Assembly (NCBI GenBank): GCA_963666055.2
Contig: CAXWPH010000014.1
Location: 320,001-384,000, forward strand
From: Acidobacteriota bacterium
GTDB taxonomy: Bacteria; Acidobacteriota; UBA890; WLXD01
Reading direction: 5' to 3'
DNA: 64,000 nt
The notes under the pieces were generated by a model, which was not told the origin of the DNA, ran no database searches, and saw only the letters and a program-made list of their open reading frames with translations. Of the stretch, positions 1-10,295 are shown piece after piece; positions within the stretch are counted from its first letter, which is position 1; the number at the start of each line of letters is the position of its first letter. The position numbers and the translations under genes were made by a program.

Positions 1-1182
1 GCCTACCTCGTCTGTTCGGTCGCCTTAGCGTTGATCTTCCTGTGTTTCGCCGAAGTCGGCAGTCGCACAACCCGCAGTGGCGGCGCCTACGCGTACATCG
101 AAGAAGCGTTCGGACCGCTTGCCGGATTCATCGCGTCGATACTGCTCTGGTTTGGCTATTCTGCCCTGGCGGATGCGGCGATCACCGTCGCCATGGTTGA
201 AGTAATGACCATCGCGTTCCCGATTCTTGGCGGGAGCCTTCCACGTGCAGTGTTTATCATCGCCTTGTTCATGTTTATGGCCGTCGTAAACATCAGGGGC
301 GTCAGGGCGGGCGTACGACTGTACGTGTTCAACACGCTGGCCAAGTTGATCCCGTTGGTGCTGCTGTTGGTCGCCGGACTGTTCGCCATCAACATGGAGA
401 ATCTTGTAATACCCGAATGGCCTTCCGCTGGGGAAATTGGAGCCGGCGCCATCCTGCTGTTTTTTGCCTTCACCGGGGCAGAGTCTGCGCTCAACGCCAG
501 TGGAGAGATCAAGAACCCATCGAAGACCGTGCCGATGGGGCTATTGATCGGGATCAGCGGTCTTCTTGTGCTTTACGTTGGGCTACAAACTGTGGCGCAG
601 GGCGTGCTCGGGCCGGAACTTGCAAACAGCACCGAGGCGCCGCTGGCGGCTGTTGCGGTCGAAGTGTTCGGCAGTTGGGGCGGCACGATGCTGCTCGTCG
701 GCGTTGTTATTTCGATTTATGGCGCGATCAGCGGAGACATGCTGGGTGCCCCGAGGGTCATATTCGCGTCATCGCTGGACGACAACCTACCGAGGTCCCT
801 GTCGAAGGTGCACCCAACGTACAAAACGCCGTATGTGGCCGTGGTCTTCTTCGCAATCGTCGTGTGCGCGTTTGCCTTGAGTGGCACGTTCAGGTACCTG
901 GCCGTATTCGCCACCGGGTCGCTGCTGCTCATTGACCTCGGCGTGAGCCTTGCCGTGCTGCGTTTGCGCCAGCGTGATGGTCTGCCCAAAGCTGGAGAGT
1001 TCCGATTGCCACTCGGACCTCTCATTCCGCTGTTGAGCTGCCTCATCGTCGGCTGGCTGCTTTTGCAGGTGCCGGCCGAAGAGGCCGTCAGCATTGCCGC
1101 GCTTATTAGCGCCGCGGCCGTCGCATACGCCATTCGCGCTTTGGCTCGCGGATCGTGGCGCGGCACCAAACAGGCACCTTAG
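1..1182 (+). CDS. APC family amino acid permease (5' end outside window)
   Basis: Open frame from window edge; motifs 'FAEVGSR...SGGAYAY', 'FFAFTGAE', 'GEIKNP', 'HPTYKTPY'; many TM segments. Confidence 0.9.
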   Translation, partial: AYLVCSVALALIFLCFAEVGSRTTRSGGAYAYIEEAFGPLAGFIASILLWFGYSALADAAITVAMVEVMTIAFPILGGSLPRAVFIIALFMFMAVVNIRGVRAGVRLYVFNTLAKLIPLVLLLVAGLFAINMENLVIPEWPSAGEIGAGAILLFFAFTGAESALNASGEIKNPSKTVPMGLLIGISGLLVLYVGLQTVAQGVLGPELANSTEAPLAAVAVEVFGSWGGTMLLVGVVISIYGAISGDMLGAPRVIFASSLDDNLPRSLSKVHPTYKTPYVAVVFFAIVVCAFALSGTFRYLAVFATGSLLLIDLGVSLAVLRLRQRDGLPKAGEFRLPLGPLIPLLSCLIVGWLLLQVPAEEAVSIAALISAAAVAYAIRALARGSWRGTKQAP

Positions 1183-1227
1183 CAGGCCGTGGTTCTGCTT
1201 CTGCCCCGACTATTCCTTCCACTCATC

Positions 1228-1435
1228 CTACTTTGCGAACGGTACAGGCTCGGGCTTCCTGGGCATACGTTCGTCACGCATGGCGGCGTGATACAGGAAG
1301 CTCGCCATGATCACGCTAGCCTGCTTCCCCCTCGTCCCGGATCTTGTTGATCATGTCGAGATCGACGGGCTCCTCTCCCAGGACCGATCCGGCGCACAGG
1401 AACGCCGCTATGCACACAGCAAGTGACCTTTTCAT
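1228..1435 (-). pseudogene. Internally deleted M28-type peptidase remnant (N-terminus fused out of frame to C-terminus)
   Basis: Signal peptide + '[16 protein letters not shown]' joined directly, in a different frame, to '[25 protein letters not shown]', resembling both ends of secreted M28 peptidases. Confidence 0.7.
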
Positions 1436-1505
1436 TCTTGGAAACTCCTCTATGCGAACGACTGTGTTGTCTACGTCGGCCATCCCATACTCGGGCCTTC
1501 GAGCA

Positions 1506-1634
1506 TTACTCCGAGCGCGCATCAACGACCAGCCTCCCATCGATGAAGACCATCTGTGGCAGCGCACGATAATCGAAGGGGTGACCCTCGAGGACCATGA
1601 AGTCGGCATCCTTTCCGACCTCCAGGCTGCCCCA
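1506..1634 (-). pseudogene. C-terminal remnant of amidohydrolase family protein
   Basis: 'GSLEVGKDADFMVLEGHPFDYRALPQMVFIDGRLV' is the typical amidohydrolase C-terminal motif; no upstream body. Confidence 0.75.
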
Positions 1635-1693
1635 CTCAGCGGCCCCGGGGCCCGAAATACTCGGCCCCGTCGCCAGGCCCGTCAAAGATCTTG

Positions 1694-2449
1694 TTACGAC
1701 GCGTTCCCGAGGGCGACGGTGATCGCTTGGCCGCTCACCCCGCTGGATTCCTCCGAAGCGAGGAAGGCAATCATCTCGGCAACCTCCCGAGGTTTCACTA
1801 CACGGCCGGGCAGATACATCGCATCCCGTTCTTTCCAGATCTCTTCCGGCGAAACACCACGGTCGCGTGCTTCAGCCCGCGCTGAGCGCTCGGCCATCTC
1901 CGTTCGCACCCAGCCCGGCAGCACGGCATTAGAAGTGATGCCATAGGCACCGCCATCCTGCGCGACAGACCACATCAACCCCAGCAGACCAGTCTTGGAG
2001 CAGTTGTAGGCACTGCCGGCCGGCTCGGCAAAGCGGGCTGCTGTCGAGCTCGTGTAGACCATGCGCCCGTAGTTCTGTTCCACCATGCCGGGCAGCAGCA
2101 ACCTCGACATGTGGAACGGCCCGTCGAGATTGATCCGCATGGATTCGTACCAGACGTCGGGGTCCTGCTCCCAGATCACCTTTTCGTGGGCCGAACCGAT
2201 TCCATGGTTGCAAACGAATATCTCAACCGGGCCGAGCCTTCCAGCAGTCTCTTCAACCGCAAGCGTGCAGCCTTCAAGCGTGCCCAAGTCGGCGACGGTG
2301 TACTCGACCCCCAGGGCCACCAGCTCCGCTTCTGAGCGTGCGATCGCCATGACGCGCGCGCCACGCGCGGTCAGAATCTCCGTGGTGGCCTTGCCGATGC
2401 CGCGGCCCGCGCCGGTAACCAACGCCACCCGTCCTTCAACTCCGGCCAT
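1694..2449 (-). CDS. SDR family NAD(P)-dependent oxidoreductase
   Basis: TGAGRGIG Rossmann motif, YNCSK catalytic motif, PGWVRT. Confidence 0.93.
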   Translation of the reverse strand: MAGVEGRVALVTGAGRGIGKATTEILTARGARVMAIARSEAELVALGVEYTVADLGTLEGCTLAVEETAGRLGPVEIFVCNHGIGSAHEKVIWEQDPDVWYESMRINLDGPFHMSRLLLPGMVEQNYGRMVYTSSTAARFAEPAGSAYNCSKTGLLGLMWSVAQDGGAYGITSNAVLPGWVRTEMAERSARAEARDRGVSPEEIWKERDAMYLPGRVVKPREVAEMIAFLASEESSGVSGQAITVALGNAS

Positions 2450-2572
2450 CTCTGAATCGCTCCCTTACTGGGGGCATTGTCAACCAACTGGAGGGCTCGG
2501 GTGACCAGGTTGAGATTGCCGCTTTGCAGTAGCTTCGGGGGCACCCTATCAGCTAGTCGCTTGCGCCTGGGG

Positions 2573-3550
2573 TCACGACTCGATTGGTGTCCCGAAGCCC
2601 TTCCCACGAGCGGCGTGCAGTGTGGCGCTGGCGATGGCGGCGTCTTGGACGCCTAAGCCGGTCAGATCCGCAATCGTGATCTGCTCTTCTGTTTCACGAC
2701 CAGGGACCTTGCCCACCACAATAGCTCCGAGCTCGACACAGTCCTCGGCCCGCAACCGGCCGGCGTCGACGGCGTGGTGAATCTCGCCCAGCTCGAGGCA
2801 CTGGGACAACCGGTCCGCGACCACGAGATCGGCGCGATGCAGCAGCTCGACGTCAAGCTCCTGCTTTTCCGGGCCATCGGACCCGACGGCGGTGATGTGC
2901 GTGCCCGGCTCGATCCACTCGGCACGCACCAAGGGCTCGCGGGCGACGGTCACCGTTAGCACCACATTCGCCCCCTGAACCGCGTCCTCGATCCGTTCCA
3001 CCGCTTGCACGTCAACGTCGAGCTCGTCGGCCATCTCGGCAGCGCATTGCTGCGCTCGTTCCAGGTGCCTGTTCCATATGGACACGCTGGGGATGGTGCG
3101 TACCTGGGCCAACGCGCGGAGCTGCATGCGGGCCTGAATGCCGGCACCGATTACGGCGACGCCGCGAAGCTCTTGCGGTGCCAGATAGCGCGCGGCGACG
3201 GCCCCTGCGGCGCCGGTTCGCAGGTCGCTGAGGTGGCTATTGTCAAACAGCAAGCCAGCAGGCTGGCCGTTGTTGGCGTCGAAGGCGAGCACCAGCCCGC
3301 TGGCCATGGGCAGCCCCATCTGCGGATTGCGGTAGAAACCGCACGCGACCTTGAACACGAAGTGATCGCTGCCGTGAATGTGCGCCCCTTTCACATGAAT
3401 CTCGGCGTCGATATCAGGTATGTCGAGGCCGATCGGCGGCGGCTGCGTGACCTGGTCTCGCGCCAGCGCCTCGAACGCTCTCTCGACAACATCAATAGCG
3501 ATTGCCATGTCGACGCTGTCGCGAATCTCCTGTTCCGTTAACAGGAGCAT
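2573..3550 (-). CDS. Ornithine cyclodeaminase/mu-crystallin family protein
   Basis: 'LRTGAAGAVAA', GAGIQA, 'HITAVGSD', 'DLTGLGVQD'; start placed at ATG of MLLLTEQEI. Confidence 0.92.
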   Translation of the reverse strand: MLLLTEQEIRDSVDMAIAIDVVERAFEALARDQVTQPPPIGLDIPDIDAEIHVKGAHIHGSDHFVFKVACGFYRNPQMGLPMASGLVLAFDANNGQPAGLLFDNSHLSDLRTGAAGAVAARYLAPQELRGVAVIGAGIQARMQLRALAQVRTIPSVSIWNRHLERAQQCAAEMADELDVDVQAVERIEDAVQGANVVLTVTVAREPLVRAEWIEPGTHITAVGSDGPEKQELDVELLHRADLVVADRLSQCLELGEIHHAVDAGRLRAEDCVELGAIVVGKVPGRETEEQITIADLTGLGVQDAAIASATLHAARGKGFGTPIES

Positions 3551-3714
3551 CGGTGCGGAGTGCCGCTCCTTGGCTACCACAGCATCGGAACTCGCCGCAT
3601 CGATGTTGCCTACGGACACTGACCTTACCTCCCGGGTTGGTACCACGTCTTGTCTAGGCGACTCCGTACTTGAGATCACTCCGGAATCGCGTGACCACCG
3701 TGCGTGCTACCGTC

Positions 3715-3745
3715 CCACATAGTAGCCATCGTATTCACTATGTGG
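3715..3745. promoter_or_regulatory. Inverted repeat CCACATAGT-N13-ACTATGTGG in divergent promoter region; candidate operator
   Basis: Perfect 9-bp inverted repeat between divergent OCD-family and GcvT-like genes; cluster encodes an IclR regulator. Confidence 0.45.
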
Positions 3746-4026
3746 TTGGTACGCGTATCTTCAGGAGAGACGGTTGGAAGAGTACACCAACAGAGAGAAG
3801 CGTCATGAGGGCCCGGCGACACGGGGATCTCTCGTGCGCGCCTTGGTCGGCGATGCTCGCACGGATGGATTACCCTGCCAGGTGCCGAGGCCGAGTGATT
3901 CGGTCGAGCACCGGTTCGACAGCGACTTGTGAGTGGGTGAGACTTGGGACGTATCTCCGTGGTAACCCGTCTTCCCATGCCCGCGGCATAACATCTGGAC
4001 CTCTGACTGGAAGACCTGCGCTCATC

Positions 4027-5217
4027 ATGGCCATCGGTACACCGCTTCATCCCCGCACCGAGCCGCTCTGTCACAGCTACGACTGGACGCAATGGTCCGG
4101 CTATCTGAGCGTTAGCTCGTACAACGACTTCGTACAGCCGGAGTACGCGTCGATTCGCAACTCGGCGGCGTTGATCGATCTGTCGCCGCTTTACAAGTAT
4201 GCGGTCAACGGTGCCGATGCCGCGGCGTTGATGGACCGGATCGTGACCCACGATGCCGCCGGAATGAGCGTCGGCCAGGTGATCTACACACCGTGGTGTG
4301 ATCCCAATGGAATGGTGCGCCAGGAAGGCACGGTGTTCCGCTACGAGGAAGATCGCTTCGAGCTCTACGCCGCCGAGCCGGCGTTGGAATGGATTCTGCG
4401 CAACGCCGTCGGATATCAGGTCGAGGTGACCGATCGGTCCGCCCAGGTTGCCATGCTGTCGCTCCAGGGCCCACATTCTCGCCACGTGCTCGACGCCGCT
4501 ACCGACGGTGCCATCGGCGCCCTCGCGTTCTTCCGTTGCACCCGAGCACGCATTGGCGGGGTCGACGTGGCGGTTTCGCGCACCGGCTTCACGGGAGACC
4601 TCGGATACGAGATCTGGATCCCGGCCGCCGAAGCCGTGTCCGTCTGGGATCGCCTCATGGAGGTCGGTGCGCCCTGGCAGATCACGCCTTGTGGCCTGGT
4701 GGCGATGGACATCGCCCGTGTCGAAGCCGGTTTGATCCTCATAAGCGTCGACTACGTCAGTTCCGAGTTCGCGCACACCGATGATGATCTGGTGAGGCCA
4801 TACGAGCTCGGGCTCGGATGGGCGGTCAAGCTCGATAGGGGGAACTTCGTCGGGCGCAAGGCGCTGAGAGTGGCGAACAAGACCGGACCACGGCGCCGCG
4901 TCGTTGGTCTGGAAATCGAGTGGCAGCCGCTCGAGGAAGCGTACATGGCTGCCGACCTGATGCCGGAATTGCCGATGACGGTGTGTCGTGAACCGGTACC
5001 GGTCTACTCGGGCGAAGGCCTACAGGTCGGCCGCGCGACCAGCAAAGTGTGGTCGAAGCTGTTGAAGAAGTATATCGCCCTGGCAACCATCGACGCGGAT
5101 TGTGCACAGATTGGCAGCCGCCTCGAGATGGAGGTAACGGTGCAGTATCGACGTTCCCGCGTCGCTGCAACGGTGGCCGACAAGGGCTTCTTCCGCCCGG
5201 CACGCATGCGTGCCTGA
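4027..5217 (+). CDS. Aminomethyltransferase (GcvT/folate-binding) family protein
   Basis: 'LIDLSPLYKY', 'LSLQGP', 'SRTGFTGDLGYEIW', 'DIARVEAG'; start at MAIGTPLH. Confidence 0.9.
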   Translation: MAIGTPLHPRTEPLCHSYDWTQWSGYLSVSSYNDFVQPEYASIRNSAALIDLSPLYKYAVNGADAAALMDRIVTHDAAGMSVGQVIYTPWCDPNGMVRQEGTVFRYEEDRFELYAAEPALEWILRNAVGYQVEVTDRSAQVAMLSLQGPHSRHVLDAATDGAIGALAFFRCTRARIGGVDVAVSRTGFTGDLGYEIWIPAAEAVSVWDRLMEVGAPWQITPCGLVAMDIARVEAGLILISVDYVSSEFAHTDDDLVRPYELGLGWAVKLDRGNFVGRKALRVANKTGPRRRVVGLEIEWQPLEEAYMAADLMPELPMTVCREPVPVYSGEGLQVGRATSKVWSKLLKKYIALATIDADCAQIGSRLEMEVTVQYRRSRVAATVADKGFFRPARMRA

Positions 5218-5306
5218 GACCCGTTGATTATGTCCCCAACCCAAGTCCACCGTCGCGAACTTCGGCCCGGCGACGATTCCGGGTCGACTGGCACTTTGTT
5301 CAGGCG

Positions 5307-6899
5307 ATGAGTCAGTCCTACGACGCCATTGTCATCGGAGGCGGCCACAACGGCCTCACCTGTGCCGCCTATCTGGGGCGCGCCGGTCGGCGCGTGCTGG
5401 TGCTCGAACGCCGTCATCTGGTGGGTGGCGCGGGGGTGACCGAGGAGATCTACCCGGGGTTCAAGTACACCGTCTGCTCGTACGTGGTGAGCTTGCTGCG
5501 GCCACAGATCATCGCCGACCTGGAACTGCCCAAATACGGCTTCGAGCTACTGCCACTGAACGGAACGCTGACGCCGATGCGCAACGGCGATCACCTGATG
5601 CGCTGGCACGACGCCGCGGAGACGCGGATGGAGTTGATGCGCCACTCCGCCGCCGACGCCGAGGCCTACGAGCATTTCTCCATGCTCATGTATCACCTCG
5701 GCAAGGCAGTTCGACCGATGTTGTCGATGACGCCGCCCGATCCGACCTCGCTGGCACCAGCAACGCTGGCAAAGCTGGCGGATATCGCGCGTACGTTCGG
5801 CAAGCGCACCGACTACCTCTACGACTTCGCCAAGCTGATGACGATGAGCTCGGCGGACTTCGTCGAGCAGTGGTTCGAGACGCCGGCGCTGCTCGGGACA
5901 CTGGCGTCGAGCGGCATTATCGGCACCTTCCTGGGCCCACGCTCGCCGGGGTCGGCCTACGTGATGCTGCATCACTACATGGGCGAGATCGACGGAGAGT
6001 TCCGCGCCTGGGGTTTGCCGCGCGGCGGAATGGGAGCGGTGTCGGAATCGATCGCTTCGGCGGCGCGCGCTCACGGTGCCGAGATTCGCACCGAGGCCGG
6101 CGTGGAACGCGTGCTCGTCAAGAACGGCCGCGTCACCGGCGTGGTGCTGGAAGACGGCGAGGAGATTCACGCCAAGGTGCTGGTGTCGAGCCTCGACCCG
6201 AAGCGCACGTTTCAAAAGCTGATCGAGCCGGAGCACCTTCCGGACGACTTCCGCACCGACATCGACCGTTACAAGATCCGTGGCTCCTCGGGCAAGGTGA
6301 ACCTGTCGCTCGATGCGTTGCCCGACGTGACCTGCTTGCGCCACCTTTCAGCCGACCAGCGCATCCCCTACTTGTCCGGGGCTATCTCCATCAGCCCCGA
6401 CATCGAGTACCTCGAGCACGCCTACGACGACGCAAAGTACGGGCGCCACTCGCGCCACCCGTACATGGACATCGTCATCCCGTCGCTGATCGATCCGACG
6501 ATGGCGCCAGCAGGCAAGCACGTGATGTCGATCTTCTGCGCCTACGCGCCTTACGAGCTCGCCGAGGGTAACTGGGAGGACAATCGCGAGGTGTTCGGGG
6601 ATGCGGTCATCGACACGCTGTCGGAGTTCGTGCCCAACATCAAGGACATAATCCTACACCGGCAAGTACTGTCGCCCTGGGACATGGAGCAGATGATGGG
6701 CCTCACGCAGGGCAACATCTTCCACGGCGAGCTGACGCTCGAGCAGCTGTTCTTTCTCCGTCCAGTGCCGGGATACGCCGACTTCACTACTCCACTGCGG
6801 AGCTTCTACATGTGCGGCTCCGGCTGTCACCCGGGCGGCGGCATCATGGGCGCACCTGGGAAGCTCGCGGCACAGCGAATCATCGCGGACACGGCCTGA
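5307..6899 (+). CDS. NAD(P)/FAD-dependent oxidoreductase, phytoene desaturase-like
   Basis: GGGHNG FAD motif, 'GNIFHGELTLEQL', 'CGSGCHPGGG'. Confidence 0.9.
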   Translation: MSQSYDAIVIGGGHNGLTCAAYLGRAGRRVLVLERRHLVGGAGVTEEIYPGFKYTVCSYVVSLLRPQIIADLELPKYGFELLPLNGTLTPMRNGDHLMRWHDAAETRMELMRHSAADAEAYEHFSMLMYHLGKAVRPMLSMTPPDPTSLAPATLAKLADIARTFGKRTDYLYDFAKLMTMSSADFVEQWFETPALLGTLASSGIIGTFLGPRSPGSAYVMLHHYMGEIDGEFRAWGLPRGGMGAVSESIASAARAHGAEIRTEAGVERVLVKNGRVTGVVLEDGEEIHAKVLVSSLDPKRTFQKLIEPEHLPDDFRTDIDRYKIRGSSGKVNLSLDALPDVTCLRHLSADQRIPYLSGAISISPDIEYLEHAYDDAKYGRHSRHPYMDIVIPSLIDPTMAPAGKHVMSIFCAYAPYELAEGNWEDNREVFGDAVIDTLSEFVPNIKDIILHRQVLSPWDMEQMMGLTQGNIFHGELTLEQLFFLRPVPGYADFTTPLRSFYMCGSGCHPGGGIMGAPGKLAAQRIIADTA

Positions 6900-6903
6900 G
6901 CGC

Positions 6904-8478
6904 ATGACTGATTTCCACGACGTGGTGGTGATCGGCGGCGGCCACAACGGCCTCACTGCGGCCGCCTATATGGCTCGCGCCGGGCGTCGGGTGGTCGTTC
7001 TCGAGGCACAGGGAACGTTCGGCGGCACCGCGGCGAGCGTCGAGTTCGCCCCCGGAATACGAGCGCCCATGCTGTTCGCTACCGTCGACATGCTGCATCC
7101 GTCGGTGGTGTCGGACCTCGATTTGACCAAGCACGGCCTGCAGGTGATCTCAGGTGCCGCACGTACCACCGTTCTCGGCGCCTCGGAGCCCCTGCAGATC
7201 GCCGAGGGGGGAGCGTCGCCCCAGCTTTCGGAGGCCGACCTGCGCGCCTATCAGGAGTTCGAGCGCCTGATGTCGCGCATCGCCGGAGCGCTCGAGCCAA
7301 TCATGGGAGGTGCGCTGCCCGAGCTCGAGGCGGCCGGGGTCGGCGCGGTGTTCGAACTGCTGACCCTCGGATGGCGCATGCGCCGTCTCGGCCGGCGCGA
7401 TATGCCGCAGGCCATGCGCCTTCTGCCGATGTCGCTGTGCGACATCGTCCAGGAACGCTTCGACGACGAACGCTTGCGGGCCGCCATCGCCTGGCGTGGG
7501 TTGGCGGCATCCTGGCTCGGCCCATGGTCACCGGGCGGCGGCTACACGCTGCTCTATCACCGGCCCGCCTGGGGTGGACCGATCTTCGGCGCGCCCAGAT
7601 TCGCTGTCGGCGGCACTGGCAGCGTCGCCGCGGCGCTCGAGTCGGCGGCGAAAGCTGCGGGCGCAGAGTTGCGCAGCTCGGCGCGTGTGGCTCGCATCCG
7701 GGTTGACGACGATCGGGCTGTCGGTGTGGTCCTCGAAGACGGCGAGGAGATCCCCTGCCAGGCCATAATGTCGGCGATCGACCCGCGCACCACCCTGACG
7801 GGGTTGCTTGACACCGGATGGCTCGACCCAGAGCATGTCGCCGCCGCACAGAACATACGTATGCGCGGCACGGTCGCGGCTGTGCGCATCGCTGTCGACG
7901 CCTTGCCGCAGGTAGCCGGCCTCGACGAGTCGGCATGGGCGGGACGTGTTCAGATCGGTGACAGCCTCGCATATCTGGAGAAGTCGTTCGACGCAATGAA
8001 GTACGGTCGCCTACCGGAGCGACCGATTGTGGACATCACGGTGCCCAGCCTTTCGGACTCGACCTTGGCGCCGGCGGGAACGCACGTCATGCACGCTTGG
8101 GTGCAGTACGTTCCGCACGCGTTCAGCGACTCGAGCTGGGACTCGAAGCGCGATGAGCTCGGCAAGTCGGTGATCGATACGATTGATAACCATGCGCCGG
8201 GCTTCGCCTCTTCGGTCCAGCATGTCGACGTCACCACGCCGGCCGACCTGGAGGACGAGCTCGGGATCCTGGGCGGGCATCCGTACCACGGGGAGCTGTC
8301 GATGGATCAGCTTCTCTACATGCGGCCCATCGCCGGATGGTACGACCACCGCACTCCGGTCGACGGCCTGTACCTTGGCGGGCCGGGTTGCCACCCGGGC
8401 GGCGGGATTACCGGGATCCCCGGCAAGAACGCCGCGGCGCGCATCGGCGCCGACTGGAAGGGCGGCCGCCTTGGTTAG
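6904..8478 (+). CDS. NAD(P)/FAD-dependent oxidoreductase, phytoene desaturase-like (second paralog)
   Basis: GGGHNG, 'GHPYHGELSMDQL', 'GPGCHPGGG'; 4 nt after previous gene. Confidence 0.9.
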   Translation: MTDFHDVVVIGGGHNGLTAAAYMARAGRRVVVLEAQGTFGGTAASVEFAPGIRAPMLFATVDMLHPSVVSDLDLTKHGLQVISGAARTTVLGASEPLQIAEGGASPQLSEADLRAYQEFERLMSRIAGALEPIMGGALPELEAAGVGAVFELLTLGWRMRRLGRRDMPQAMRLLPMSLCDIVQERFDDERLRAAIAWRGLAASWLGPWSPGGGYTLLYHRPAWGGPIFGAPRFAVGGTGSVAAALESAAKAAGAELRSSARVARIRVDDDRAVGVVLEDGEEIPCQAIMSAIDPRTTLTGLLDTGWLDPEHVAAAQNIRMRGTVAAVRIAVDALPQVAGLDESAWAGRVQIGDSLAYLEKSFDAMKYGRLPERPIVDITVPSLSDSTLAPAGTHVMHAWVQYVPHAFSDSSWDSKRDELGKSVIDTIDNHAPGFASSVQHVDVTTPADLEDELGILGGHPYHGELSMDQLLYMRPIAGWYDHRTPVDGLYLGGPGCHPGGGITGIPGKNAAARIGADWKGGRLG

Positions 8479-8542
8479 CCGGCGGCAGCCCGTACCTAAG
8501 GGCCACGCCGCCTCTCTGAATCGTCGCGTAGGACTCAACCGT

Positions 8543-9307
8543 ATGAGCTCGCGTTCGGCGCCGGCGGGCACGCAATCGGTTCTCCGCGCGGTGCGCCTAC
8601 TCAAGACGCTCAGCGAGCATGGCGAAGAGGATCTTGCCACACTGACCCGGAAAGTCGGCCTCGCTCGCACCACCACGTATCGCCTGCTCGCGGCGCTGGA
8701 AAGTGAAGATCTGGTGACGCGGGAGCCCAGCGGCGCCTACCGACTTGGACCCGGGATGATACAGCTCGCAATGCGAGCAGGCCGCTCCGATCAGCTACGC
8801 ATTCTCGCCCACACTCATCTACAGAGCCTCGCGGCCGACAGTGGCGAGACCGCCACCCTCCATGTCTTGTCGAACGGTAGTATCTTGATCGTAGATCAGG
8901 TAGTCGCGCGCCAGCTCGTCGGCGTGACTCACGAGGTGGGCACTTCGGCGCCACTCCACGCTACCTCCACAGGCAAGGCGTTGCTGGCGGCGCTGAAGCC
9001 TGACGAGCGCGCCGAACTGCTCCCGGGTCGGTTGGCGCGGCTGACCTCCAAGACGGTGACCAGCAAGCGGCGGCTTGACGAGCACCTGAAGCTGGCGCAA
9101 AAGCGTGGCTATGCTACCGCCGTCGACGAACTCGAGGTGGGCTTCAGTGCGGTGGGCGCCGCGATCCTCGATGCCGATGGGCGTCCGTTAGCGGCTATAT
9201 CGATCGGCGGACCGTCCGGGCGGCTCACCGGCAAGGCGCGGAGCCGTGCAGGCGCCGCCGTCCGCGACGCCGCGGCGCTGCTGTCGGCGACGCTGGGTTA
9301 CACCTGA
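8543..9307 (+). CDS. IclR family transcriptional regulator
   Basis: N-terminal 'QSVLRAVRLL...TTTYRLL' HTH; 'PLHATSTGKALLA'; 'AAISIGGP'. Confidence 0.93.
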   Translation: MSSRSAPAGTQSVLRAVRLLKTLSEHGEEDLATLTRKVGLARTTTYRLLAALESEDLVTREPSGAYRLGPGMIQLAMRAGRSDQLRILAHTHLQSLAADSGETATLHVLSNGSILIVDQVVARQLVGVTHEVGTSAPLHATSTGKALLAALKPDERAELLPGRLARLTSKTVTSKRRLDEHLKLAQKRGYATAVDELEVGFSAVGAAILDADGRPLAAISIGGPSGRLTGKARSRAGAAVRDAAALLSATLGYT

Positions 9308-9391
9308 GCCGGGGCAGATAACCACTTCATCTTGCCGACTTGCCCGCTCGGTGATGCCGTCGAAGTTCGATCCGAAAGGGAGCAACGAACA

Positions 9392-10078
9392 ATGCATGAA
9401 GTTGTAGGTGCGCATCACGAATTCCATGACGACGAATACGTCGCGGGATGGGCTAACCGCTTCGCACCGACACCCGAACGCCTGGAATTGTTCAATGTCA
9501 TTCTTTCGGAGCTGACATCACGAATCCCACCGAATAGCTGCGTAGTTGAACTCGGGATTGGTCCTGGGTACTTAGCAGATCATCTGCTGAGCGCGATGCC
9601 CTCGATTCAATATTATGGTGTCGATTTTTCCAGTCCGATGCTCGTTGTTGCGCGGCAAAGGCTGATGCCGCATTCAGCTCGAGCCACTCATATTCAGGCT
9701 GATCTCGTAAAGGACAATTGGTGGACTGGCATCCTTACGCCAGTCGATGCCATCGTTTCAACCTGGGCGTTACACGATCTCGGTAGCCAAGAGAACGTCG
9801 AAGTGGTCTATGCGAGCTGGGCGCAGGTACTTCAAGACGGCGGGATGTTGCTGAACGGAGACTTCATCAAGCCTGACAAGGCCATCTACGAATATGAGCC
9901 AGGCAGATTTCAGATAGCAAGACATATCGAAATTCTGCGCCGTGTCGGGTTCAAGAGCGCAGAATGCTTGGTGCTGCTAGAAGAAGAAATCGACTCGCCT
10001 ACGGCGGCGCAGAACTACGCGTGCTTTAAGGGCGTAATGGGCGAACGCACTGAATGCTTCCGTCGAGCCGATCGATGA
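9392..10078 (+). CDS. Class I SAM-dependent methyltransferase
   Basis: 'VVELGIGPG' motif I, 'GVDFSSPML', 'STWALHD'; visibly lower GC than neighbours. Confidence 0.85.
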   Translation: MHEVVGAHHEFHDDEYVAGWANRFAPTPERLELFNVILSELTSRIPPNSCVVELGIGPGYLADHLLSAMPSIQYYGVDFSSPMLVVARQRLMPHSARATHIQADLVKDNWWTGILTPVDAIVSTWALHDLGSQENVEVVYASWAQVLQDGGMLLNGDFIKPDKAIYEYEPGRFQIARHIEILRRVGFKSAECLVLLEEEIDSPTAAQNYACFKGVMGERTECFRRADR

Positions 10079-10137
10079 GAGCAGGAAGGCCTCGTGCCCG
10101 CTATGCATCTATGCGGGCAGCACCGCGGCCCTCAGTG

Positions 10138-10295
10138 GGCACTGTCAACTTCATCGCCCGAGCCTTCCGCCCGGTGACTCCCGCATCCGGAGAGACAGCT
10201 TCTCAGGGGGCGGTGGCCCTGTGCGCGGCCCCATAGCTTCCGAGCTTGTGGGTGATCAACCATCGAGGTTCGTTCCCCTGCCCTTTCAGCAACTT
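10138..10295 (-). mobile_element. IS6-family remnant (transposase fragment plus terminal inverted repeat)
   Basis: 'KLLKGQGNEPRWLITHKLGSYGAAHR' resembles the IS6 transposase TDK region; GGCACTGTCAACTT at 10138 resembles IS6 ends (IS26 GGCACTGTTGCAAA). Confidence 0.7.

Noticed and set aside
4027-5217. Glycine cleavage gcvT with glycine riboswitch
   Set aside because: No gcvH/gcvP adjacent and no riboswitch consensus recognised upstream
5307-8478. crtI / carotenoid pathway
   Set aside because: No phytoene synthase or other crt genes; context is amine/amino-acid catabolism
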